From Leptolyngbyaceae cyanobacterium (GTDB lineage Bacteria > Cyanobacteriota > Cyanobacteriia > Phormidesmidales > Phormidesmidaceae), in assembly GCA_965263355.1 (NCBI GenBank), contig CBDHHL010000020.1:1-11196 (forward strand): 11,196 nt of DNA, read 5' to 3'. Every line of letters begins with the position of its first letter. Position 1 is the first letter of the stretch. A program made the translations under genes and the position numbers. Positions 1 to 9,475 of this stretch are shown piece by piece. The notes under the pieces were generated by a model. That model saw only the letters and a list, made by a program, of their open reading frames with translations, had not been told where the DNA came from and searched no databases.

Positions 1-837
1 GGGATGTACCGATGTATCGGTATCGGTTTCGGTATCGGCAGTATCGGTGCTTTTTTGGGGTATCGGTAAAAAATGGCCGATACTTTACCGATACTTTTCT
101 AATATTATGCTCTATTACTTGTCTTTACAATTGTACCAATTAATAATTGTTCAATCATCATATTTATTATTCAATAATGACGAATATTCAATATATATTA
201 ATTATATAATAATGTAGAGGACAGATATATATACGGCTCGTAATTCTAAGTCTTAAATTAAATCTTACTCAATATTATGATGTAACAACTAACAAGCAGG
301 TAGTGACCAGCGAGTAGCGACGTAGTTACTCACAACTTCATAAGCTACTTAACTGAAATGGTAATTAAGAATCTAGTAAACAAAAAGTCAAAAACAATAT
401 ATGTAGAAACTTGAAAGTAGAAACTAGAAAGTTATAAAGTAAAATGCTCTCACTTCTCAGATGATCTGATCGGATGTTAATCTTATCTTAATAACTTCAT
501 TGTTGATCTTTTTTAATAAAAGAAATTTAAAATGAATATATTTGATATTTCATTAACCAATTAAATGGTATTATTATTCTAATAGACTAATTTGAGTAAT
601 TTCTATAGCTAATCCACTTTTTTTTTACAAAAATCTTGCAGTGGTAGCTAGCTGTTTTCAATGATTAGGTAACAAATTCTCTTCTAATTAATTATCAATT
701 TATTATAAAATTAAAAGTATCGGGGTATCGGTATCGGTACCGGTTAAGTATCGGCCTATTTCAAGTATCGGTGTATCGGTATCGGTGAAATACTGGGTAT
801 CGGTATCGGCCAAAAAAATGGTATTGGTACACCCCTA
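1..837. mobile_element. Non-autonomous hAT-type DNA transposon (MITE); left end probably clipped by about 2 bp at the window edge
   Basis: GGGATGTACCGAT (1-13) is the reverse complement of ATTGGTACACCCC (823-835) with 2 mismatches, and the right end closes with ...CCCCTA (837), the TAGGG-type terminus of animal hAT/Ac elements. Dense subterminal GTATCG(G) repeats lie at about 14-94 and 717-810 around an AT-rich non-coding core. The 8-bp TSD cannot be checked because the left flank is outside the window. Confidence 0.8.
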
Positions 838-1028
838 CATGAGACATATCAGATAGAATTAGAGGAAAGCTCCGGAAAAGAACGGTTGCAACCACAGTTG
901 TTACAGTACTCATGAATCTTGGAAGTACAAGGTAACCTGTTATATATCTGTGATCCAGCACATAGAAAAGTATCATGAATTTTTCATTCTTCCGAAAAGC
1001 CGGAGCCACAAAACGGGGGACAAGAAAA

Positions 1029-1059
<31 letters not shown>

Positions 1060-1602
1060 GAAAGTAAGAATTATAGCTATATGCAAAACTGCTATTACCT
1101 GTCACCTGTCATTCATACCTTTTATTTTACAATCTCGTAACTCATTCAATCCATCAACCTTTACATGGCAATGTTGGGACACAACTAACTATAATTTGTA
1201 TCAATACTTTTCATTGACATATAAGAAATGTTCACCGACTACTGGTAGGATGAAGGACATCTCTAACCATGATGTAAGCAACAAAGAATGTTGAATGTAG
1301 GAATTTGACAGAACAACGCCAAAAAATAGTAACATCTCCAAAGTACAAATGTACAATTATTAAACGCTTTAATCCTTGCTCATAAAAAACCCTATTTTAG
1401 TGCTCAAACCAAATACGTAATGACCAGGACATATGCTACACCAACAGTGTGTATGCTCTTACGGACATAAGCATGTTGTACGTATGCACTGTGCAGCATG
1501 CTCTGTAAAAATTATATGCATGCATGCACCATGCACTTGCAAATAACAGGAGGGTACATGCATGCTCCAGGCATTCAATGCCATGTCACAACCCTACGCA
1601 TA

Positions 1603-1862
1603 TGTAGTGCCATGAGGTTTTGGCAACGCTACAGCCAGAAGACTGGACAACACTGCAGCCGTAAGGTTTGGAAACGGTGCGACAACACAAGCAGAGAAGT
1701 GCACACAAATAACCTACACGTCAGATTTGACAACGTGTAGTGCCATAAGGTTTGGCAACGCTGCAGCCACAAGACTTGGCAACCTACAGCCATAAGGTTT
1801 GGCAACAACACACGGCGAATGACACACACACAGAAAAACTACATGTTAGAATTGACAATGTG
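1603..1862. repeat. Higher-order minisatellite: about 133-bp units built from 22-24-bp subunits GCCA(TAAGGTT)TGGCAACRCTRCA
   Basis: TGTAGTGCCAT..GGTTT(T)GGCAACGCT.CAGCCA.AAGACT starts at 1603 and again at 1736. Each unit ends with CTACA.GT.AGA.TTGACAA. A decayed partial copy follows near 1970-2000. Confidence 0.8.
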
Positions 1863-2489
1863 GCGCTCTGCAGACATCAGACCAGACAACATTGCAAGGC
1901 ATCCAGCGTACAGAGCATGACACACACACAGACCCTGTGCACACATATGAATTGATACCATCGCATGCTACGTGTAGTGGTACTGGCTGTTTTGACAAAT
2001 ATCTTATGTGAGCCACTCAGGTGGAATGTTCCATCACTGGGTTACATTCAGTTGCACTTTGGCGGTGCTCCTTGGATAATGAAGTGCTATACTTATTCCA
2101 TCACTGCCTGTTGTATGTTAGCGAAATTAGGCGCCCTGTATTCGTGGCACATTTTTTCAAAACCGTTCCCAAGAGGCTGTGCCTTCGGCATGGCCATTTA
2201 GTACATAAACTCATTAGTTGGACTGTGACAACATGCACGCAAAAGGGGCCTCTGCACCAAGTGTACAGGTGCGCGCATACACTATGCCAATCTGGCTACA
2301 AATATGCGTAGCCAGATTAAGTGCTTCTCTAATATTTATCCTGGTTCACTTCCAATCATCGGGTAAACAATCAGAATGCATTGTCAATTATATAGAATTA
2401 TCATACAAATTGTTGAAATTACGCAATGCAATCACATCCATGCTGTCTTATATAGATAATTTAATTCCTTGACATGAAAATTCCATGCC

Positions 2490-2673
2490 ACAGTTTACAC
2501 ACATTCTTTACCTTGTGTTTTTATTCATTATATGTGTTTTGTGTGTATTTTACGACTCCATCCATGTGCTAAACGTTATGTTCTTTTCAGAGCCATATCT
2601 AGTTCTATTCATTATTAAGGTATCAAAGCAAGTCTATAAAGTGTTGTGATGAAGCAGAATATTTCAGTTGAAG
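2490..2673 (+). repeat. Left inverted repeat (184 bp)
   Basis: ACAGTTTACACACATTC...ATTTCAGTTGAAG is the perfect complement of 10879-11062. Confidence 0.97.
2635..2669 (+). promoter_or_regulatory. Candidate Pol II core promoter (TATA + Inr) in the left repeat, facing inward
   Basis: TATAAAG at 2635-2641 and TCAGTT at 2664-2669 with A+1 at 2666. The TATA box starts at -31, the canonical metazoan spacing. Confidence 0.55.
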
Positions 2674-2729
2674 ATTAACGAGTCTCGGGGACCGGGGGAG
2701 CGTGTATCTGGGGAATGTGGAGGAAACCA

Positions 2730-2821
2730 CACCACAGACTGACTCCGTGCCATCTGTAGATAGAGCCATTTCATGCTTCAATAAGCATATCTACAGACGG
2801 CACTTCCGTCAGTCTGTGGTG
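2730..2821. other. Long fold-back hairpin (14 bp + 16 bp stems)
   Basis: CACCACAGACTGAC (2730-2743) pairs with GTCAGTCTGTGGTG (2808-2821). GTGCCATCTGTAGATA (2747-2762) pairs with TATCTACAGACGGCAC (2788-2803) with one mismatch, which is G-U on the minus strand. The 25-nt loop holds a TGCTT/AAGCA mini-stem. Confidence 0.9.
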
Positions 2822-3064
2822 AAAATGCCTTATTTCCATGCGCCGTGAGGTTCCAGAGGGAGGTGGAAGTACACGCGGTGCCCGTGTCCCGACACTCAAA
2901 AGACGAGACGATCGACGGTCCCCTAATTTGTATGAAATGCACAAAAGGGAAACCGGTGAGATGAGCGGTAACGCTCCGAGAGTGGTTAAGCAGGCGGTAC
3001 AAAAAGAGGGTCAAGAATGGCGGCCCACCTGAGACGCTACGGACGAGCCGGCACCACAGGGTGC

Positions 3065-3426
3065 GCCCGGAAGAGGACGAAGACTGGGGGGCAGCAAGCA
3101 GGAGGGCGGCGGAAGAGCAGAGCCCCCAAAAAACCGGCGAAAGCGGAGCGGTAAAAACCGCAGAGCGGTAAAAACCGCGGAGCGGTAAAAACCGCGGAGC
3201 GGTAAAAATCGCAGGCGTACCGCAAGGCGGCACAAAGAGCGAGCCGCCCGGAAGTGGGTGAAGACTGGGGGGCAGCAAGCATGAGGGCGGCGGAAGAGCA
3301 GAGCCCCCAAAAAACCGGTGAAAGCGGAGCGATAAAAACCGCGGAGCGGTAAAAACCGCGGAGCGGTAAAAACCGCGGAGCGGTAAAAATCGCAGGCGAA
3401 CCGCAAGGCGGCACAAAGAGCGAGCC
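3065..3426. repeat. Tandem duplication 2 x 181 bp, each unit containing four 17-bp hairpin-forming repeats GCGGT-AAAA-ACCGC-GGA
   Basis: Units at 3065-3245 and 3246-3426 are near identical. The 17-mers start at 3148, 3165, 3182, 3199 and at 3329, 3346, 3363, 3380. Confidence 0.95.
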
Positions 3427-3527
3427 GGCCACCCAAGTAACCGGGAAGGGAAGGTTGGGTGGGAAAAAAGGAGGGCGTCGAAACAGACGATCAAGGACAC
3501 CAAAACAGGGAGCGAAAAGAAGGCCCT

Positions 3528-3665
3528 GGGGTACCGGAAAAGGGAGACCTGGGCGTCAAAATAGCCGGTCAGAAAAAGTCGTGGCGGAGCGGGAGAGGGG
3601 TACCGGAAACCGGATACCTGGGCGTCAAAATAGCCGGCCAGAAAAAGACTTGGCGGAGTGGGAGA
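3528..3665. repeat. Tandem repeat 2 x 69 bp
   Basis: GGGGTACCGGAAA...ACCTGGGCGTCAAAATAGCCGG.CAGAAAAAG...TGGCGGAG.GGGAGA at 3528-3596 and 3597-3665. Confidence 0.93.
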
Positions 3666-4286
3666 CGGGTAGCCAAGAGAGAGCAAACTTGTAGAGAGAA
3701 AGAGCAGCCGGACCTGGCGGCTAGGTCGGAGCAGAAGGAGAAGGAACAAGGAATGATAAGGAACCACCGACCGAAGAAGCAACCAAGCAGCTGTCGGTCT
3801 TGGGGGAACACATACCAAAAGAAGCGAAGCCGGAGACCGGCTAGCGGAAAACATTGGAAGTAAAATATTGTAAAATACCATCAGGGATAAGGACGACACC
3901 AAGCAACAGTCGAACATATATTTATAACAGGGCTTGCAATTAGCACATTTAGCAGCATGTACATTGAAGAGACAAACGTAAGTCTAGTCCTTACATAGGC
4001 GGTCTAAGAAACGGTGCATAGAGAGCCGTATGAAAAGCATCTTACAGTAGGGGCATATATATTTCACGCCAATACAAGTGTGAAATGGTCTGACATATGT
4101 TGTGGAGCATAATATATAGTTTTTTGAAGAACAACTTCAGCAGACATAGGGTAGAAGACCACCCTATTAAGAGAAACACACAAAAATAAATAAGAGGTAC
4201 ATACAATTTGTATATTGTGTACCTGGCACAGTACGAACAGGAAGGATCCTACGGGATTGTTATTGCACACAAAATAAACGAAACGA

Positions 4287-4505
4287 CAAAGAACAAGGAA
4301 TTTACATAAGCAATTCGAGGCATCATCAAAAGAATAAGCGGTCTAAGAACCGTAAAACGGTACAGAATATACATACGGAAACGACACAGAATATTTATAA
4401 CAAAGAACAAAGTATTTACATAAAGGCAATTTGGGGTACCATCAAAAGAACAAGCGGCCTAATAACCGTAATATGGTACATAATTATATACATAATTACA
4501 CGGAA
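4287..4505. repeat. Diverged tandem duplication, period about 114 bp
   Basis: CAAAGAACAA...TTTACATAA..GCAATT...CATCAAAAGAA.AAGCGG.CTAA.AACCGTAA...GGTACA starts at 4287 and 4401. An isolated GCGGTCTAAGAA fragment lies at 3999-4010. Confidence 0.85.
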
Positions 4506-4719
4506 TCTAGTAGAACATGATTGGTACAAGCCTTGTAATCAGAACCCAAGGATGAGAGACAATATTTTATCCTCTCCCTCCCCCTGGTTGCAACCCACAA
4601 CAAGAATTTATAATGGTAAGGGACAAGTGAAGGAAGGGATGAACGGAAGCCCAGAAGTCGCGTGCACCAATAAGGGACATATTCGCCCTGCGAGTCCAAA
4701 GAATGTCATAGGCCACAGG

Positions 4720-4916
4720 CAGAGCTGGGCAGTATTGAAATACATTGTAGTAAATACTGTATCGAAACAATTGTACTGCAGTGATACACTGTATTGAAAT
4801 ACATTCTGCAACTTGTATGCAATCGCTGTATTTAAATACCTTGAAGCATATATAATGGAATGCCTTTCTAAATACTTCTTCCATACTGCATGCATTAAAT
4901 ATAAACAGAAGCTCTG
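4720..4916. mobile_element. Decayed hAT-like MITE fragment nested in the large element
   Basis: Starts CAGAGCTGGGCAGTATT, a CAG-type hAT terminus. Quasi-palindromic GTATT(G/T)AAATAC motifs occur at 4732, 4791 and 4828. Only a partial counter-terminus (AGCTCTG, 4910-4916) is present. Confidence 0.5.
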
Positions 4917-7900
4917 TGGATTGATCAGCGAACCACAGGCTCAAACACTGCAACGCAGGCACATGTTGCATCCGGACACTACGAAATAACACTGTTCTCT
5001 ATCCTCTCGTATGCTATATTTCCCAAGTGAAAAATGTTTATTTAAATGCCGTTAATATACACATTGTACATGTGTACTTCGTACAATACAACGTTATCAT
5101 ATCAGGCGTTGCTCTGTCTACGTTAAAAACGCGTTGTAACTGCATCATGGTTAGATATGTCCCCCAGCCGATCATTATTCAGTTCGTGTTTCATCAAGTA
5201 TCTTAAAATTAGAGCTGAATGTCAAACATTGGTGTCATTTTGTCACACGGCACAGCGAAAAACGCCATACGATATCTGATAAGCTACAAGTTTAAACGAA
5301 TTCTATTACCAGTAGGAATGTAATAAACGACAGGCATATCAGTTATATTAGTGACCTACTGTAGAAGTGAACTAATTTCATGTCTAATATTCCGGTCATT
5401 GTCAAAGTTATAATGGATTGAGTAGGTGATAGGATTATTAGAGCAACTTTGACATTTTTTACCCCGTTGGATCTCAAATGCAGGGTAACTGTTTACTAGG
5501 TGTTATTATTTATTATGCGTCATTTATTGACGAAGGAAGCAATGAATGTTGCGTAAGGTAAAATCACTCAAGCAAGGGAAGTCTGTCACGTATCGTCGCC
5601 CGAATACCGTAGGTTCTACCATCTCCGTCTAGCGGTATGGGTAAATTTATTCAAATTGGAATCAATTGAGTAAAATGATGTGGAAATCGAAAGACAATGA
5701 AAACAGCGTATGATTTGTCATCCTGAAACAAGTTTGTGAATAGGGTGGTAGCAAGAAGAACTACAGGTCTTAGTGTCGGAAATTCATCGTCGGCAGAGCA
5801 ATGAAATACGACTGCCAGTTTTGAGGGCTTCCATTATGACGATCATGATGACTATGGCCCTGATTGAGAAACAGTCTCTCAATGTACGAACTATGCACGC
5901 CAATGTCGAAGTGCTTCTCTGTTGTATCGAAGTCGATATGTTTAATGAATTAACACAGCGCTCGTGCATCTGTCAAGAACTGGATTTAAAAGTTTGGAAA
6001 TATTCATTAAAACTCTTTTCCTTTAGTGAATCATTTATATAGAACGAAAACGTACTTAATGTAGCTGTTGTGTGCGTAATTTATCTAATCATTAAAATAT
6101 TAGATCACATACTCTAACTAATTCAGTTATCCGTTACATGTTAGTAAAAGCAAACGTTAGCTACTCATTTTGAAACATTGAAAATAGTACGCCTTAGCGT
6201 AGAACTGTGATGATAAGAAAAAGGGAAGTCTCTGAGAACAACGCATCGTAAGTGAAGGGACACAATCGTCAGGCAACGGAACGGGACTCCTGCCCAAGGA
6301 ATAACAGTTACGCAACCCCATATCAGAAGCTCAGTAGAGCAATATGCCTGCAAGAATGTATAGTGCAAGACAACGAAGGTATACATTGCACTATGGATTG
6401 ATACTGAATTAGTGTTCAAGAGTAAATATATCGGCAGAAGTGAAACAGTACCATGTAACTCGAATAATTGTGTCAAAGTTAAGTAGCTATTGTATAAATT
6501 CGAATAACTGTCGAAACCGAATTAATGGTCAATAATATTCAATCGATCAGAACTATCAATGTACTTAAGTTATTCAAAAATGTTAACCACAATTAATTTA
6601 GGTCAAAAATAAGAAAACTCGACACCTACAAACAAAAAGAGACAAGGCGACAGGCCTAGGGATAACTGAATGAATGTATTGATATTAGGTTCATCAAGTA
6701 TTATGAAAGACCTGAAAAGGATTTAAATATAAAAACTAAATGAAACGAGAGATTGTACTTTTATTTCATCACAAACTCGAAAATGGATGCACATATTCTG
6801 TGTAACATAAGATATATTGTTCGAAGGAGAAGGTTTGGGCTCACGACTTGGCAACTGGGAGATGCCAATCGTGCTCTCTAATCTTATAGGTACACGTGCA
6901 AAAGAAATGAACCTCGCTGTACGTGTGCTGTACAAAACTTCAACATTTCGATCTATTCACAGGTAACAACGAAAGTAGGCGCACACCGTCTGCAATTCAA
7001 TAGTCTCTGGAATGACCTAAAACTCATAGTTACTGAGTCGTTGTTCTCCGAGAAGGAAGAGGACGTAGAAGTGTAACGCAAGGAAACATTCAGAGCTACT
7101 AGGCATGCCATATGAACCTCACTAGTATAACGTGCGTGGAGCGCATCCAAGCAGCACAAAAGGACAGGAAAAAACGCCAGATATATTGTTTACTGAACAG
7201 AACACAATAAACGAAAAAGGTACGGTGACATATAAGTTGCAGAGAACACAAGATGCTTAAGTCACTAAGGTGCGTACGCCACGAGAAAAGAAGAAGTACG
7301 CAGCAATAAAACAAACTCTGCAAAGTCTAACGTGAGGATTACAATAGTGGCAATCAGGTGGCACGTACGGCTCGTAAAGAAAAATGAATAGTAACGATAA
7401 ACACGTGTATTTGGGAAGAAAAACGAGCAAGGAATCTCAGTTACACAAGGACGTAAGCTTTGAAAAATTGTCGTAGGCACATAAAGTTGAGAGTTGCAAG
7501 GTGTCCAGCACCGGAACCATCAATGAAAAAACCCATCCGAGTTGTGTTAGGGCCCCCTGTAGCCTCAGGAAGGAGTCTGGTAGTCCCATCTTCTCAGAGA
7601 TTTTCGGCTAGGCAGGGCAATGCTAGGGAGAAAGGAATGATAAGTACACGAACCATAGAACATTAGTGAGCATGTCGGTTGTAATTAGGGACAAGCAAAA
7701 GTATGGCATAAGGAGAATTATTTGTAATTACGGACAAGGCAATTCATGAGTGAGGACAACGAGAATTTATTTGGCGGAAATAAGGACAAACTAATTGTAT
7801 GGGAAGCAGGGAATGCAGTAACAGGAGTAACTGGGGTCGATTATGAAACAATGACAATGTTGAAGAGTTTGTGTTATCAGCGCTAACCCAAGCAATGAGC

Positions 7901-8467
7901 ATAAGTAGCATTCCGATAGTTGCCAGTAAAAACAGAATTCCATTTAGGGAACACGTCTATACGTATCATGAGTGCCTTGTACAACAAATTTAATTAATAC
8001 TGAACAGGAAGTAGACATAACCGGATTGCTAACCTATAGCCACGCGTAAGTATGAGTTCGGTTGTCCCATGTAATAAGGGAAGACTGATAAAGAACGTAC
8101 GTAACTCTTAGTCAAGGCATTCTAGGCATTCTAGGCAACAAAGGAAATTCGCCCGATTCAACTCAACAACCGAAGATTGTAGAGGTGAATCAGTATTCGA
8201 ATTCCACAGTGTCCAATATCAGTATTAATTCCACCACTCTATTGAACAGAGCAAAACTTCCACGCAGTTGTATGTATTGAGAAGAAGGGATAAGTTGTGC
8301 AAGGCATGCACAGATCTTATCCGAAAGGTAATTTATATGACCGGATCGTCTGACGGCCGAATGAAATTGCGCCAGCCAATGAATTGTCTAAGAAGAAAAT
8401 TAACGTAGTCACAGTAATTCAAAAAAGAAACAGTTAACAAAAGGAACACGTGGAACTGTTCTTCTGT

Positions 8468-9408
8468 CTAGAGTGGAGCGTGGACGTACAGGCAAAAGTG
8501 ATCGACACACATGCAAGAACGTTTTTTAATTTGGGACACTGGAACACATGAAGTCTGTCCATGTAAAAGATATATGTCATACAATGGGGAATGACGTAAA
8601 AGACTAAAAGTTGTTTGAAAGAAAATGCAGACCTCTAAGGTGATTATGAGTATCATTGACCTTTGTAACAATGTAATGTATTCATTTGCCAATCTTGTTG
8701 TAGCTTTCTACAACTCCAGTTACCTGTTCAGAGTATAGGCAGAGGCAGGCGACAAGGGGGCGGTGAAGGCGCGCGGGCGTGACCGCTCCCATCCATTTGT
8801 AAGTGTGGAGGACAGGTAGGTACGAGCGGGAAGCCTCCACATAGACGAGGAAGCCTTCAGTGCCCCGGCCCGGACCTTAGTACCCGTGCCTGTCAAGGAA
8901 GAAACATGCATCAGAGACAAAAAAGACGGTGAAACCACCGTCAGTTAGTTTATAGTGGGGCAGACAGGTAAGAAACAGGCCTGAGTACGTGTAAAATATG
9001 CGTCACATGAATGAATGTAGCAACGGAATGTGCGCCGCCTTATTGAGCGCTATAAGATTGCAGTGAGTAAGAACAAAGGATAACGTGTAATGAGTACCAA
9101 GAATAATTTTCATAAAAGACCCAATTACAATTGTATGAAACATAGAAGTACCTGTGGTTGGTTCGTGTAACCTGCCAGAGGGCACACATGTGGCACAGGT
9201 GGAATGTGGATGCCAGAAGTCTTCCGTAATTGTCCGGGCATCACACCAAGCGGTATGCTTGCACGTTACCATGGTATAAGCGCGACAAACCTGGAAATAG
9301 ATAGAGAGGCGAGCATTAGCATTAAAAAGATCAAGGAGATGTGCCTACCAGTATCCGGGTAGGCACTGATCTGAATGCTTTAAAATCTATTTCCAGCCTT
9401 TGTACCAT
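8468..9408 (-). CDS. Putative spliced orphan protein of about 166 aa; exons 9408-9349, 9290-9152, 8889-8724, 8603-8468
   Basis: GT-AG introns of 58, 262 and 120 nt with pyrimidine tracts; branch-like CTAAT and CTAAC motifs in the first two. All three joins keep frame (501 nt): MVQRLEIDFKAFRSVPTRIL|VCRAYTMVTCKHTAWCD...HSTCATC...EPTT|GTGTKVRAG...AYTLN|SLLRHSP...CMCVDHFCLYVHAPL*. No family recognised. An alternative acceptor at 9050 would give an 81-aa product ending at 9003. Confidence 0.3.
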
Positions 9409-9475
9409 AGTATCAAAGGAAAAAGCCCTGAAACGATCCACAAAAACTTCCTATACCAAAAACAGTATTTGAGTA

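Noticed and set aside
1498..2472. Short ORFs in the minisatellite and left flank
   Set aside because: They overlap in several frames, derive from repeats and show no recognisable domain.
2763..2797. Hammerhead ribozyme core on the minus strand (CUGUAGA-u-stem-GAAA)
   Set aside because: The core is CUGUAGA rather than CUGANGA, has an extra nucleotide before stem II, lacks a plausible stem III and cleavage triplet, and is sequestered in the long hairpin.
3148..3393. CRISPR-like array
   Set aside because: The repeats are contiguous with no unique spacers, there are no cas genes, and the context is eukaryotic.
2778..3917. 379-aa minus-strand ORF, and overlapping ORFs 3011-3436 and 3037-3432, as genes
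   Set aside because: All three minus frames are open through the repeats because the strand is A-poor and lacks stops. The 17- and 181-bp periods shift frame, so the same peptides recur in different frames.
5881..5935. Similarity of the + strand peptide VEVLLCCIE to the minus-strand peptide VEVLLCSIE near 8250
   Set aside because: The match is too short, does not extend without a large gap, and is plausible by chance in six-frame comparisons.
5521..6000. Stop-codon reassignment (TAA/TAG read as Gln) to create a long minus-strand ORF
   Set aside because: TGA stops also interrupt the frame and the read-through product resembles no known protein.
7500..7535. FFIDGSGAG peptide on the minus strand as an RNase H motif
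   Set aside because: It is an isolated short motif in a stop-bounded frame with no other RNase H or RT residues nearby.
8115..8137. AGGCATTCT x2.5 micro-duplication
   Set aside because: Ordinary slippage duplication with no further structure.
8919..8942. Rho-independent terminator (stem plus T run on the minus strand)
   Set aside because: The context is eukaryotic, and the sequence is better explained as an intronic stem and polypyrimidine tract.
8946..9049. TFRCYIHSCDAYFTR as a C2H2 zinc finger on the minus strand
   Set aside because: The two histidine ligands are absent and the frame stops shortly afterwards.
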